The notes under the pieces were generated by a model. The model made no database searches. It was not told the DNA's origin and saw only the letters and a program-made list of their open reading frames with translations. Source: Alphaproteobacteria bacterium (GTDB taxonomy: Bacteria; Pseudomonadota; Alphaproteobacteria; SP197). Taken from it: a stretch of 64,000 nt of DNA. Position numbers and translations under genes: made by a program. Location: assembly GCA_965228895.1 (NCBI GenBank), contig OZ245842.1:3008001-3072000 (forward strand), in the 5' to 3' direction. Shown here in pieces: positions 20,281 through 31,079 of the stretch. Position 1 is the first letter of the stretch. Each line of letters begins with the position of its first letter.

Positions 20281-21051
20281 GTGCGTCAAGGCAGTTGGGG
20301 ATTACGCGAGACAGGGCGGCAGCAGCGCCGTCGGCGCATCGCCTTCCTGATGCGTGTGCTTATCTATGTACTCGTCGTCTGCGGTGTCGCGTGGTTCAGC
20401 TACAGCGAAGGACGGCGTATATCGCAAAGCCGGATCGACAATCTGGAAAGCCAGGTTTCGCAGCTTCGCATAACGACCGACGAAGCGGTCGAAGCGGCCA
20501 TCGAGGCCGAGAGTTCCGAACAGGAACTGCGTGCCGCCGTCGATACCCGTGAAAGCGCCTTGCGTGACGAGGCGGCTGCCTGGCAGCAGCGCTATGACGC
20601 CGAGGTGCCGCACGGCGAAGCGGCCGTGCTGTGGACCCAGGTCACCGAGCGGCTGGAGCAAGGTATCAGCGTCGATCGGCTGGGCGATGTCATCGCCCTG
20701 GTCGAGGAAGAGCGCAACTGCGATGCCGCGGCGCCGTCCAAACGCATCGTTGTCAAAACGGAGTTCCACGACGATACGGTGAGCGCGGCGAGCTTCGCCG
20801 ACGGCCGCATCTCGGTGACCGGCAGCGGCGCGACCGCGACCGACGAGAACGGTTATCCCGCCGCGTGGTTCGATCCGGGCAAACCGGTGTCCCTGGTGTT
20901 CTCCACCATTGGCGGCGGCACCGACACGATCGAAGGCCCACTGCCAGTCTATCACAACATCCTGGTTGGCAACGACCAGTACCGCTTTGCCGTCAGCGAG
21001 GGGCCACCGGACTTCGCCATCGTCACCGTCGAACGCTGCGACTATCCGTGA
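20281..21051 (+). CDS. Hypothetical membrane-anchored coiled-coil protein
   Basis: Basic N-terminus, one TM segment, a coiled-coil and a C-terminal globular domain with two Cys. Confidence 0.65.
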   Translation: MRQGSWGLRETGRQQRRRRIAFLMRVLIYVLVVCGVAWFSYSEGRRISQSRIDNLESQVSQLRITTDEAVEAAIEAESSEQELRAAVDTRESALRDEAAAWQQRYDAEVPHGEAAVLWTQVTERLEQGISVDRLGDVIALVEEERNCDAAAPSKRIVVKTEFHDDTVSAASFADGRISVTGSGATATDENGYPAAWFDPGKPVSLVFSTIGGGTDTIEGPLPVYHNILVGNDQYRFAVSEGPPDFAIVTVERCDYP

Positions 21052-21626
21052 GCGATGCAGTAAGGCAGGTGCTCGCCTTCTGGTTCGGCGAGGAAGGCGA
21101 CCCCGACTGGGGTGCTATGTGCGAAGCGTGGTTCGAAAAGAGCGATGATTTCGACCAAGCTTGCCGTGACGGCTTTTTGGATCTCTACGAACAGGCGGCC
21201 GCGGGCAAGTTGGATGACTGGATGGCCAGCGCTGACGGCTGTCTTGCCTTGCTGATCCTGCTCGACCAGCTTCCGCGCAACATGTTCCGGGGTTCGGCGC
21301 GCATGTACGCCACCGACGACAAGGCGCTCGCCATCGCCGAGCATGTCGCGGCAAAAGGTCTCGACGCCAGCATGACAGACGTCCAGAAACTGTTTGCCCA
21401 CCTGCCCTTCGAACACGCCGAGGATCTGGACCACCAGAATCGTCACGTCGCCTATATCGACGCGAACTATCACGGGCCCCGTCGAGAGGAATGCCAGAAA
21501 ACGGCGGCACGGCACCAGGAGATCATCGCACGGTTCGGACGTTTCCCTCACCGCAATGACATCCTGGATCGCGTCTCGACGGACGAGGAAATCGAGTTCC
21601 TTAAGGAGCCGAACTCGTCGTTCTAA
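21048..21626 (+). CDS. DUF924 family protein
   Basis: VLAFWF, ILLDQLPRNMFRG, LPFEHAE, IIARFGRFPHRN; GTG start overlapping the previous stop. Confidence 0.9.
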   Translation: MSDAVRQVLAFWFGEEGDPDWGAMCEAWFEKSDDFDQACRDGFLDLYEQAAAGKLDDWMASADGCLALLILLDQLPRNMFRGSARMYATDDKALAIAEHVAAKGLDASMTDVQKLFAHLPFEHAEDLDHQNRHVAYIDANYHGPRREECQKTAARHQEIIARFGRFPHRNDILDRVSTDEEIEFLKEPNSSF

Positions 21627-22630
21627 CGCGCGGCATAGGCCTCAAGCTTTTGGTGAAGCGCTCCAGCAATCGCGACGCCGTCTCGGGCGGTCGCCTCGCG
21701 CGCCTTGAGCCGGCGTTCGCCCGGCAGGCGGGTACCCGGCTGGTCGAGGATCGCCGAAAATAGATCGTCGGCGCGCGTTTCGAGATTACCGCCAAATGCC
21801 TGGGGATCGAAAGCCAGGAAACACTGGCCGGTGCGCGGCGGCCCGCCCTCGTTGCCGCCGAAGGAACTCGCCTGATAGCCGAAGTTGGCGCCGCCCAGCC
21901 CGGCTGCCATCAGTTCGATCAATAACGCCAGATTGGCGCCCTTGCGCCCACCGGTCGGCACCATCGTCCCCTTGAGCGCGGAGTCGGGGTCGGTGGTCGG
22001 TTTGCCTTCAGCGTCGAGCGCCCAGCCCTCCGGGATGGCCTCGCCGCGCTGAGCGTGCACGACGACCTCGCTCTTGGCGACGACACTGGACGACTGGTCG
22101 ATCACCAACGGCGGCGTGCCCGGGCGTGGACAGGCAATGGCGATCGGGTCGGTTCCAAACATGCCCTTGGCGCCACCCCATGGCGCAATCGCCGCTGGAC
22201 CGTTGACGAAACCCAGCGCCAACAACCCCTGGTCGGCAATCCTCTCGACGTGATAACCGACAACGCCGCAGTTATAGGAATTGGTGACGGTCATGACGGC
22301 GACACCCTGGGACTGGGCCGCCGCGTAGAGTTCAGGCAAGCCCAGATCAATGGCCGGATGGGCAAAGCCGGCGGCGGCATCAGCCACCACGGCGCCCGGC
22401 TTTGGCCTGGCGACGGTCGCCACGACCTTGCCGTCGACCTTGCCGCATAGAACATGCTCGGCATAGGTCGGCAGGCGGGCCAGGCCATGGCTGTGAATAC
22501 CGTCCGCCTCCGCGGCAACAACCGATCGCGTCACGGAATCTGCGTTGGTCTCTTCCGTGCCGCAGGCGCGCAGAACGCGGCCGGTCAGATCGCCGACCGC
22601 ATCAAGCGTCAGTGTCACCGTTTCTGTCAT
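21623..22630 (-). CDS. Ldh_2 family oxidoreductase (sulfolactate/malate dehydrogenase-like)
   Basis: DGIHSHGLARL, FGTDPIAIACP, IPEGWALDAEG, GGRKGANLAL, RLPGERR. Confidence 0.88.
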   Translation of the reverse strand: MTETVTLTLDAVGDLTGRVLRACGTEETNADSVTRSVVAAEADGIHSHGLARLPTYAEHVLCGKVDGKVVATVARPKPGAVVADAAAGFAHPAIDLGLPELYAAAQSQGVAVMTVTNSYNCGVVGYHVERIADQGLLALGFVNGPAAIAPWGGAKGMFGTDPIAIACPRPGTPPLVIDQSSSVVAKSEVVVHAQRGEAIPEGWALDAEGKPTTDPDSALKGTMVPTGGRKGANLALLIELMAAGLGGANFGYQASSFGGNEGGPPRTGQCFLAFDPQAFGGNLETRADDLFSAILDQPGTRLPGERRLKAREATARDGVAIAGALHQKLEAYAAR

Positions 22631-22753
22631 CGCACCATTCCCGGTCATTGGGTTTGCGGCAGCATAGGGCGATTCTTGGCCCGCGCCACCCGGGCTAACG
22701 CCTACCAACTTGGATCGTGACCGCTCCGGCACGCATCGTTATGATCGCGCGCC

Positions 22754-24463
22754 ATGGAGAGGTCGGAACGTCCCCATACCCTGGTCACCATGTGCCTGCT
22801 GGCGGTTGTCGTCGGCATCGTCGCGGCCGCCGGCGCCTGGATCTTCAAGAAGCTGATCGCGTTTTTCCACAACGCGCTGCTGCTTGGCCAGTTTGGCTGG
22901 TCCTACGACATCTCCGACTACGTCTCCGTCAATCCCTGGGGTCCGGGCATCATTCTGGTGCCGCCGCTGGCCGCGATCATCGTCGCCTTCCTGGTCAAGA
23001 CCTACGCGCCGGAGGCCAAAGGTCACGGCGTGCCGGAAGTGATGGACGCGATCCATTACAACGAAGCCCGCATGCGATGGCAGGTCGTGGTGATCAAGGC
23101 GGTCGCCTCGTCGCTGACCATAGGTTCCGGTGGTTCGGCGGGCCGCGAGGGGCCGATCATCCAGATGGGTGCTGCGATGGGTTCGGTGCTGGGCGCGTTT
23201 GTCGGCATGCCGCTCAACCAACGTATCACGCTGGTTGCCGCCGGCGCTGGCGCAGGCATCGCGGCGGCCTTCAACGCGCCGGTCGGCGGCATCCTGTTTG
23301 CCGTCGAACTGATTTTGCTCTCCGTCAACGCGGCCAATCTGCTACCGGTATCACTCGCGACTGTCGTCGCGATCTGGCTGTCGCGCCTCGTCGAGGGCCG
23401 CTCGCCGCTGATCGACATACCCGAACTGATGGTCCATGCGGGCGAGACCCTCTCGCTCTGGGTCATGCTGCTGTTCGTGCCGCTGGGCATTCTGGTCGGC
23501 CTGCTGTCGGCCTTGTTCATCTGGTCGCTCGACAAGGCAGAAGATCTGTTCGCCCGGATTCCGGGCGGCTACTACGTCCAGCATGTCCTCGGCATGTTTC
23601 TGCTGGGTCTGATGATCTATGGCCTGTGGAGCTATGCCGGGCACTACTTTGTCGAGGGTGTCGGTTACGCGTCGATCACGCAGATCTTGATGACCGTTCT
23701 TGCCGACCCCGTCTTCCTGCTGATGCTGATGGTGTTCAAGCTGGTCGCGACCTGTCTGACACTGGGCTCGGGCGCATCAGGCGGCGTCTTTTCGCCATCG
23801 ATGTTCATGGGTGCGGCACTCGGCGCGGCATTCGGCCATCTGTGCCAGGCGTTCATTCCCGGTATCGACATTCCGATCGCGATCTTCGCCATCGCCGGCA
23901 TGGCGGGTGCGGTGGCCGGGGGAACCGGCGCCGTGTTGACGGCGATCGCCATGACCTACGAAATGACATTCGACTACAACAGCATGCTGCCGGTGATCGC
24001 GGTGAGCGTGATCAGCCTTGCCGTGCGCCGGGCGGTTATCCCCGAGAGCATCTACACGATCAAGCTTCTGCGGCGCGGCCATGTCGTGCCCGAAGGGCTG
24101 CAGTCCTCGGTGGACGCCTCGCGCCATGTCGACCAGTTGATGAGCGCCAACTTCTGCGAATGTGATGCCGCGGCCGTATCGAGCCACGAGGCCGGCCAGA
24201 CCAGTATCGTGACCAGGGACGGCACGATTACCGGGGTCCTGGGCCCGGCCGCGCGCGCCGACGCCGACTTCACCAAGGGCTATATCGTCGTCGAGCCCGA
24301 CTCGCCGATGATTCCCACCCTGCAAGCCATGGACCGGGCCGGCGCCAAGATCGCCGTCGTTTCGCGCGATCCGGGCTCCGGCAAGTTTTCCGATGTGTTG
24401 GGTGTCGTGACCGCGGCCGAGATCGGCGCCCATGTCGGGCACAGCGCCTTGATGCTGTCCTAA
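22754..24463 (+). CDS. ClC-family chloride channel/H+ antiporter with C-terminal CBS-like region
   Basis: [35 protein letters not shown]. Confidence 0.92.
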   Translation: MERSERPHTLVTMCLLAVVVGIVAAAGAWIFKKLIAFFHNALLLGQFGWSYDISDYVSVNPWGPGIILVPPLAAIIVAFLVKTYAPEAKGHGVPEVMDAIHYNEARMRWQVVVIKAVASSLTIGSGGSAGREGPIIQMGAAMGSVLGAFVGMPLNQRITLVAAGAGAGIAAAFNAPVGGILFAVELILLSVNAANLLPVSLATVVAIWLSRLVEGRSPLIDIPELMVHAGETLSLWVMLLFVPLGILVGLLSALFIWSLDKAEDLFARIPGGYYVQHVLGMFLLGLMIYGLWSYAGHYFVEGVGYASITQILMTVLADPVFLLMLMVFKLVATCLTLGSGASGGVFSPSMFMGAALGAAFGHLCQAFIPGIDIPIAIFAIAGMAGAVAGGTGAVLTAIAMTYEMTFDYNSMLPVIAVSVISLAVRRAVIPESIYTIKLLRRGHVVPEGLQSSVDASRHVDQLMSANFCECDAAAVSSHEAGQTSIVTRDGTITGVLGPAARADADFTKGYIVVEPDSPMIPTLQAMDRAGAKIAVVSRDPGSGKFSDVLGVVTAAEIGAHVGHSALMLS

Positions 24464-25584
24464 TCCACCGCATTCAGTCCGAGGCGCCTGACCACCTCGT
24501 CGGCAAGCGCGAGGGACGACGTCAGACCAGGCGATTCGATACCAAACAGATTGACCAGGCCGGCAACGCCGTGGTCGGCGGGACCCTGGATAACGAAGTC
24601 CGCCGCCGGCTGGCCGGGCGCCTGCACCTTCGGGCGGATGCCGCTATAGCCCGGCTCCAGCGCGCCGTCCTGAAGGTCCGGCCAAAAGCGGCGAACGGAC
24701 TCATAGAAGACATCGGCGCGGGCCGGGTCGACGTCGTAGTCGATCGTCTCGACCCACTCGGCATCGGGTCCGAACCGGCACTGGCCGCCCAGATCGACGG
24801 TGACATGGACACCCAGACTAACCTGGTTGGGCGCGGGGTAGATCAGGCTGTTGAACGGCGAGCGTCCGGGAAGCGTGTAGTAGCTGCCTTTGGCCATATA
24901 GAGCGGCGGCACCTTGTCGGCCGGCATGCCGTCGATCGACGCGGCCAGACGGTTGGCGCCCAGGCCGGCCGCGTTCACCACGAGGCGCGCGCAGAGCGTC
25001 ATCGGTGCTTCTCCGCCAATCTCCAGGACGATGCCGTCGTCGCTAACGCGCCCACCGGTCGACGGCGCGTTCAGCGCCAGCATGGCGCCAGCGTCCTCGG
25101 CATCACCCAGATAGGCAAGCATCAGGCCGTGGCTGTCGATGATGCCGGTCGACGGCGATAACAGCGCGCCCAGGCAATGCACCGCCGGCTCCCGCCCAGC
25201 GACCTCCGCCGGCGTCAGGTGAACCAAATCATCGACGCCATTGACCGCGGCGCGCCGTCTGAGGTCGTCGAGCACCGGCAACTCGCCCTCGTCGGTCGCC
25301 ACGATCAGTTTGCCACAGCGGTTATGGCCAACCCCGTGACGGGCGCAGTAGTCGTAGAGTCGGGCCTTGCCCTCGACGCAAAGCCGGGCCTTCAGGCTGT
25401 TCTCGGCATAGTAGATACCGGCGTGGATGACCTCGCTGTTGCGCGATGACGTGACTGTGCCAAACGCCTCTTCGGCCTCCAGGACAATCACCTCACGCCC
25501 TGCCCTGGCTAGCGCGCGCGCGACCGCCAAACCAACGACCCCGGCGCCTACGACAACCGCTTCGACCTGCTCCATGGCGCTCAT
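24460..25584 (-). CDS. L-2-hydroxyglutarate oxidase-like FAD-dependent oxidoreductase
   Basis: [43 protein letters not shown]. Confidence 0.88.
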   Translation of the reverse strand: MSAMEQVEAVVVGAGVVGLAVARALARAGREVIVLEAEEAFGTVTSSRNSEVIHAGIYYAENSLKARLCVEGKARLYDYCARHGVGHNRCGKLIVATDEGELPVLDDLRRRAAVNGVDDLVHLTPAEVAGREPAVHCLGALLSPSTGIIDSHGLMLAYLGDAEDAGAMLALNAPSTGGRVSDDGIVLEIGGEAPMTLCARLVVNAAGLGANRLAASIDGMPADKVPPLYMAKGSYYTLPGRSPFNSLIYPAPNQVSLGVHVTVDLGGQCRFGPDAEWVETIDYDVDPARADVFYESVRRFWPDLQDGALEPGYSGIRPKVQAPGQPAADFVIQGPADHGVAGLVNLFGIESPGLTSSLALADEVVRRLGLNAVD

Positions 25585-25736
25585 TCCGGGCTGAATTGGG
25601 TCATGCAGACGGTCATGGCGTCGGGTTAGCCTTGAGGCGCGGTGAAATTTGACTTAAATCGAAGCAGGCGCATGATCTGCGCTGGGGGAAGCTAACACGT
25701 AATCTCTATAGCGCTTCACGACTGGGAGGAAGAGCT

Positions 25737-26885
25737 TTGGCCAAACATGAAAAAATCAAGACCGTGGACGACAAGGTGACGTCACGTCGGCGCTTTCTGA
25801 AGGGCGGGGGTGTTGCCGCCGTCGGTGGCGCTGCGGCCGTTGCGATGCCGAACGTTGCACGCGCTCAGGACACCAAGGTCATCAAGATGCAGGGCGCCTG
25901 GGGCGGCGGCATCTTCAAGGAATTCGCCGAAGACTACGTCACACGCGTCAACCAGATGTCCGGCGGCAGCTTGCGCATCGACTATCTGGACGTTGACGCG
26001 GTTGTGAAGACCGCTGAAATGCAGACCGCGGTCAGCGAAGAGGTTATCGATGCCGCGCACTTGGTGACCGCGTACTGGTACTCCAAGAACGCCGCGGCAT
26101 CCCTGTTCGGCACCGGCCCGTGCTGGGGCTGGACCGCCAACCAGCTTCTGGGTTGGATCAAATATGGCGGCGGCCAGGCGCTCTATGACGAGCTGATCTC
26201 CGACATCCTGCGCCTCAATCTCGTCGGCTTCTTCACCGGCCCGATGCCGGCGCAGCCGTTCGGCTGGTTCAAGGAACACATCACCGAAGTCAGTCAGATC
26301 GACGGCATCAAGTACCGCACGGTCGGCCTTGCCGCCAACGTGCTGGCCGAGATGGGCATGGAGGTGACGCAGTTGCCGGGCGGTGAAATCCAGCCGGCGA
26401 TGCAGACCGGCCTGATCGATGCGGCAGAGTTCAATAACCCGACGTCGGACAAGGACTTCGGCATGCAGGACGTGTCAAAGCACTATCACCTGGCGAGCTT
26501 CCATCAGTCGCAGGAGACGTTCGAGATTATCTTCAACAAGGATCTCTTCTTCTCGCTGGACGAAAAGGAGCGCGCGATCCTGCAATACGCGTCGGAATCG
26601 GCATCAGCCGACATGTCATGGAAATATCAGGACCGCTACTCCAACGACCTGATCGCGTTGCAGCAGGAGTTCGGCGTCAACGTTTACCGTACGCCCGACG
26701 AGATCATGGCCGAGCAGTTGAAGGCCTGGGATACGGTGCTCAAGGACTTCGTCGACAGCGATCCCTATTTCGCCAAGGTCGTCGAATCGCAGAAGGTCTG
26801 GGCCAAGCGAGTCGGCGCCTACGAGTTGACCAACGCGCCGGACTATGCGGGCGCCTATCGTCACTATTTCGGCGATCCGGTTTAA
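25737..26885 (+). CDS. dctP: TRAP transporter substrate-binding protein (TakP-like, Tat signal)
   Basis: SRRRFLK Tat motif, QPFGWFK, LPGGEIQPAMQTGLIDAAEFNNP; TTG start with a GGAGG RBS. Confidence 0.9.
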   Translation: MAKHEKIKTVDDKVTSRRRFLKGGGVAAVGGAAAVAMPNVARAQDTKVIKMQGAWGGGIFKEFAEDYVTRVNQMSGGSLRIDYLDVDAVVKTAEMQTAVSEEVIDAAHLVTAYWYSKNAAASLFGTGPCWGWTANQLLGWIKYGGGQALYDELISDILRLNLVGFFTGPMPAQPFGWFKEHITEVSQIDGIKYRTVGLAANVLAEMGMEVTQLPGGEIQPAMQTGLIDAAEFNNPTSDKDFGMQDVSKHYHLASFHQSQETFEIIFNKDLFFSLDEKERAILQYASESASADMSWKYQDRYSNDLIALQQEFGVNVYRTPDEIMAEQLKAWDTVLKDFVDSDPYFAKVVESQKVWAKRVGAYELTNAPDYAGAYRHYFGDPV

Positions 26886-26908
26886 GCGAACGCCGTACAA
26901 GACCTGAA

Positions 26909-26945
26909 CCGGTGTGGGCGGTGTCATAGACGCCGCCCCCACCGG
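26909..26945 (+). terminator. Intercistronic stem-loop after dctP
   Basis: CCGGTGTGGGCGGTGTC-ATA-GACGCCGCCCCCACCGG, 17 bp near-perfect stem, no U tract. Confidence 0.6.
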
Positions 26946-26982
26946 CGATAACAACAACAGGTCCAATGATCAGGTGCGGGGC

Positions 26983-27621
26983 ATGAAGCGCCTACTGTTT
27001 TCGATCGATAATCTCAGCGCGTGGACCGGCAAGGCATTCGCGTGGTGCATCGTCGTCTTGACGTTCGCCACCTGCTACGAGGTCTTCGTCCGCTACGTCA
27101 TCAACCAGCCGACCGCCTGGGCGTTCGACATGAGTGTCCAGATGTACGGCGCGCTGTTCCTGATGGCCGGCGCCTATGCGTTGTCGCGCAACAGCCACGT
27201 GCGCGGCGATGTCATCTACCGGCTGTTACCGATCAAGGCACAAGCCAGCATCGACCTTCTGCTCTACTTCATCTTTTTTATGCCCGGCGCCATTGCGTTG
27301 ATCGTCTCCGGCTACTTCTACGCCTATGATTCCTGGTTCTATAAGGAAGTCGCCTGGTCGAGCCCGGCGCGTATCCAGATCTACTTCTTCAAGACGCTTA
27401 TCCCGGCCGCCGGCGTCCTGCTCTTTTTGCAGGGGATCGCCGAAATCGTGCGTTGCGTGCATTGCATCCGCCGCGGCTACTGGCCCGAACGCCAGGCCGA
27501 CGTCGAAGAGACGGAGACCATGCTAATGCATGAGGCGGAGGATCTGCACGCGATTGATCACGACGATGCGGCAGCGTCCCTCGAAGCGCGCGAGTCGAAA
27601 TCCGAGGAGCCGAAGCCATGA
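26983..27621 (+). CDS. dctQ: TRAP transporter small permease
   Basis: YEVFVRY...PTAWAFD...YGALFLMAGAY...HVRGD; four TM segments. Confidence 0.9.
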   Translation: MKRLLFSIDNLSAWTGKAFAWCIVVLTFATCYEVFVRYVINQPTAWAFDMSVQMYGALFLMAGAYALSRNSHVRGDVIYRLLPIKAQASIDLLLYFIFFMPGAIALIVSGYFYAYDSWFYKEVAWSSPARIQIYFFKTLIPAAGVLLFLQGIAEIVRCVHCIRRGYWPERQADVEETETMLMHEAEDLHAIDHDDAAASLEARESKSEEPKP

Positions 27622-28964
27622 GCGATCCCATGGTCGCCATCATGATGCTCGGGCTCTTTATCCTGATCGTTCTTCTGGGTTTCCCGATCGCTTTCACACT
27701 CATCGCAATGGGTTTGGGTTTTGGCTACTACGCCTATTACCAGCCCGAACGCATGGACCACCTTCTGGACAACCGGATCTTTGATCTGTTCGTCCAAAAC
27801 ACGTTCTCGGTCATGTCGAACGATGTGCTGGTGGCGGTGCCGCTGTTTTTGTTTATGGGCTACGTGGTCGAACGGGCCAACATCGTGAACCGGCTGTTCT
27901 TCAGCCTACAGCTTGCCGCGCGTCATCTGCCGGGCTCCATGGCGGTCGCGGCGCTGGCAACCTGTGCCGTGTTCGCGACGGCAACCGGCATTGTCGGCGC
28001 GGTCGTGACCTTGATGGGTCTGCTCGCTTTCCCGGTCATGTTGCGCGCCGGTTACGACGAGAAATTCGCTGCCGGCGTGATCTGTGCGGGCGGCTGCCTG
28101 GGCATCCTGATCCCGCCCAGCATCATGCTGATCGTCTATGCCGCGATCGCCCAGGTCTCGCCGGTCAGGCTTTATGCCGCGGCACTCTTCCCGGGTTTCA
28201 TGCTGGCCGGGCTTTACATGCTTTATGTCATCGGCCGCGCGTCACTGAACCCCAAGCTGGCGCCCAAACCGCCACAAGAGATCGTGCCGCCCGTGGCGCA
28301 GATCATCTGGCAGTTGATGACCAGCTTCGTGCCGCTGGCCGTGCTGATCTTGTCGGTGCTGGGCGCCATTCTGTTCGGCGTCGCAACGCCGGCAGAAGCG
28401 GCGGGTGTCGGATCGTTCGGCGGCCTGTTCCTGGCCGCGTGTTACCGGGCGCTGACATGGCAGCGTCTGAAAGAAGCCGTGTTTTTGACCGCGCGGACAT
28501 CGGCCATGGTGTGCTGGCTGTTCGTGGGGTCGTGGACCTTTGCGTCCGTTTTCTCCTATCTCGGCGGCCACACGCTGATCGAGGATTGGGTGCTGGCGGC
28601 GGACCTGTCGCCGATCGAGTTCCTGATCCTGGCCCAGCTCATCATCTTCCTGCTCGGCTGGCCGCTTGAGTGGAGCGAGATCATCATCATCTTTGTGCCG
28701 ATCTTCCTGCCCATGCTCGCAGTGTTCGGCATCGATCCGCTGTTCTTCGGCATTTTGGTCGCCCTCAACCTGCAGACTTCGTTCCTGACACCGCCCATGG
28801 CGATGGCCGCCTATTACCTGAAGGGGGTAGCGCCGCCCCATGTGGAGCTGATGAGTATCTTCAAGGGCGTCATGCCGTTCTTGATGATGGTCTTCATCGC
28901 CATGGCGATGCTCTACATTTTCCCCGAACTGGCGCTCTGGCTGCCCGTGTTCTTCTTCGGTTGA
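27618..28964 (+). CDS. dctM: TRAP transporter large permease
   Basis: LVAVPLFLFMG, ATATGIVGA, LGILIPPS, NLQTSFLTPP. Confidence 0.92.
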   Translation: MSDPMVAIMMLGLFILIVLLGFPIAFTLIAMGLGFGYYAYYQPERMDHLLDNRIFDLFVQNTFSVMSNDVLVAVPLFLFMGYVVERANIVNRLFFSLQLAARHLPGSMAVAALATCAVFATATGIVGAVVTLMGLLAFPVMLRAGYDEKFAAGVICAGGCLGILIPPSIMLIVYAAIAQVSPVRLYAAALFPGFMLAGLYMLYVIGRASLNPKLAPKPPQEIVPPVAQIIWQLMTSFVPLAVLILSVLGAILFGVATPAEAAGVGSFGGLFLAACYRALTWQRLKEAVFLTARTSAMVCWLFVGSWTFASVFSYLGGHTLIEDWVLAADLSPIEFLILAQLIIFLLGWPLEWSEIIIIFVPIFLPMLAVFGIDPLFFGILVALNLQTSFLTPPMAMAAYYLKGVAPPHVELMSIFKGVMPFLMMVFIAMAMLYIFPELALWLPVFFFG

Positions 28965-28978
28965 TGGTCCGCTAGACC

Positions 28979-30331
28979 ATGTCGGACGAACTGTCCCAGC
29001 TTGGCATTCACGCGGCCGCCGAAGGTATCGCCGCCGGACGTTTCTCATCGGAAGAGCTGGTGCGCGCCTGCCTGGAACGCATCGACAAATTCGATGCCGA
29101 CATCGAGGCCTGGGCCTACCTGGACCCCGAGCATGCGTTGGCGCAGGCGCGCGACGCCGACGACCAGCACCGGCGCGGCCGCGAACACGGCCCCCTGCAC
29201 GGCGTGCCTCTCGGCATCAAGGATATCTTCGACACCAAGGACATGCCGACCGAAGACGGTACGGTTCTGCATGCCGGACGCACGCCGGGTTATGACGCGG
29301 CCTGTGTCGCCAGCCTGCGCAGCGCCGGCGCGGTCCTGATGGGCAAGACCGTGACAGCCGAACTCGCCGCCTCGACGGATTCACCGAAGACGCGCAATCC
29401 GCACAATCGGGATCACAGCCCCGGCGGTTCGTCATCGGGCTCGGCAGCGGCGGTCGCCAGCTACATGGTGCCCGGCGCGATCGGCACGCAGACGGCCGGG
29501 TCCGTGATAAGGCCAGCGGCCTTCTGCGGCGTCTACGGTTACAAGCCGTCCTTCGGCTTGATCTCACGCCACCGGGTCTTGGGCATCTCGCGCACCCTCG
29601 ACACGATAGGCGCTTTCGCGCGTTCGCTTGGCGACGTCGCCCTGCTGGCCGAATGCATGATGGCGTACGACGACCGCGACCCCGACATGGTCAATCGCGC
29701 CCGGCCGACGGTGTCCGCCGCGGCCGACGAGACGCCGCCGCTGGCGCCGCGTCTTGCCTTTGTCCGCACGCACATCTGGGATCAGGCGAACGGCGAATGT
29801 CAGGAAGCCCTGGCCGAACTCAAAGACGCCCTGGGCGATCGGGTCGCCGATATCGACCTGGGTCCAACCTTCGCCACAGTAAACGACACGTTCCAAACAA
29901 TCTGCGCCGTCGAAACCGCCGCAAGCCTGGCGCGCGAATATGACGGGGGCAAAGACAAGCTGACCCCTTCCCTGGCGGCACTGATTGAAGAAGGGCGTAC
30001 CATCTCCGCGGTCGATTATGTCGAAGCCAAGAACCGGCGCAGCGATCTCGACCTGCTACTCGACGAGCTTTTCGGCGACTACGACGCGATTTTGACACCG
30101 GCCGTAACGGGCGCGGCACCGGGCATGGAAAGCACCGGCAGTTCGGCGTTCAACCGGCCATGGTCGCTGATGGGCGTGCCGGCGCTGAACCTGCCGCTGC
30201 TGCACGATGAGGCCGGCATGCCGATCGGCGTGCAACTGGTCGGCGCGCGCCATCACGACGTACGGTTGATGCGCACCGCCCGTTGGTTGTTAAATGAACT
30301 AGAAATCGATCAACCCGGAGCCCCCTTATGA
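28979..30331 (+). CDS. Amidase signature family enzyme
   Basis: GPLHGVPLGIKD, PGGSSSGSAAAV, GTQTAGSVIRPAAFCG. Confidence 0.92.
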   Translation: MSDELSQLGIHAAAEGIAAGRFSSEELVRACLERIDKFDADIEAWAYLDPEHALAQARDADDQHRRGREHGPLHGVPLGIKDIFDTKDMPTEDGTVLHAGRTPGYDAACVASLRSAGAVLMGKTVTAELAASTDSPKTRNPHNRDHSPGGSSSGSAAAVASYMVPGAIGTQTAGSVIRPAAFCGVYGYKPSFGLISRHRVLGISRTLDTIGAFARSLGDVALLAECMMAYDDRDPDMVNRARPTVSAAADETPPLAPRLAFVRTHIWDQANGECQEALAELKDALGDRVADIDLGPTFATVNDTFQTICAVETAASLAREYDGGKDKLTPSLAALIEEGRTISAVDYVEAKNRRSDLDLLLDELFGDYDAILTPAVTGAAPGMESTGSSAFNRPWSLMGVPALNLPLLHDEAGMPIGVQLVGARHHDVRLMRTARWLLNELEIDQPGAPL

Positions 30332-30519
30332 ATGCCAAATGGGACAACGTGATCATGGGTGTGATCGGCATGGGGCTTCTCGGCGCGTTTCTGATTGGCC
30401 TTGCCATATCCATCGGCTCGATCCCATTCGGCATCATCGTCGTCGGCGTGCTGGCGCTCGCTCTTTACGAGTTCTACGAGTCCGCCGTGTTGCCGCTGAA
30501 GGGATCGCGCGACGATTGA
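30328..30519 (+). CDS. Small hypothetical membrane protein (63 aa, two TM)
   Basis: ATGA overlap with the amidase stop, GGAG RBS, hydrophobic sequence. Confidence 0.65.
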   Translation: MNAKWDNVIMGVIGMGLLGAFLIGLAISIGSIPFGIIVVGVLALALYEFYESAVLPLKGSRDD

Positions 30520-30899
30520 GGCGTGCGGAATCCTGCGCGCACCCAGCGTACGGCGGGCATGGCGACGACCAAGATCAGCCCGATGATCAGCAACGTGTAG
30601 AGCCAGCCGAGCCTCTCGACATCGAGTGTTTCGCGATAGTGCGTCCAGCGATAGGACGCCAGGACTTGTTCTTCACAGAACACAGCAAGCGCTTCGACCT
30701 GGTCGGGCGCGCATTCGGCAGCGACTTCCGCGTCGATTTGTGCGCGCGCCGGCGTGCCAACCTCCGGCAAGCCGTAAGGTTCGTTGACAAGCAACACCAA
30801 CAGCGCGAACGCGGCGGCAAACAGGCAGAACAGCACAACCGCCAGACGGTCAAATCCCAGCTTGTAGCGGTCGCGCAATTTCTGTCGTCTCTCGGCCAT
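30474..30899 (-). CDS. Hypothetical membrane protein
   Basis: AAGGAG RBS upstream; two TM segments flanking a loop with two Cys. Confidence 0.55.
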   Translation of the reverse strand: MAERRQKLRDRYKLGFDRLAVVLFCLFAAAFALLVLLVNEPYGLPEVGTPARAQIDAEVAAECAPDQVEALAVFCEEQVLASYRWTHYRETLDVERLGWLYTLLIIGLILVVAMPAVRWVRAGFRTPQSSRDPFSGNTADS

Positions 30900-30927
30900 C
30901 CCGCTCCTTCGAGTCTCACCGCCGTCG

Positions 30928-31062
30928 TAGCAGATCCTGTTAAATAGGATCGCTTTGTGATGCCATTAAACACGTGAATCCGCTCAACTCATAGATACAG
31001 AGCGGATTCACGTGGTTAGGTGGAACCGGTTAGCGGTTCCACCTAACCACGACCCGCTCTGG
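30928..31062 (-). repeat. Double-hairpin interspersed repeat, copy 2 (inverted)
   Basis: GTGGTTAGGTGGAACCG-GTTAG-CGGTTCCACCTAACCAC hairpin, preceded by a degenerate AGCAGATCCTGT...GTGAATCCGCT hairpin B. Confidence 0.8.
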
Positions 31063-31079
31063 TGTGCTATACAGACCCC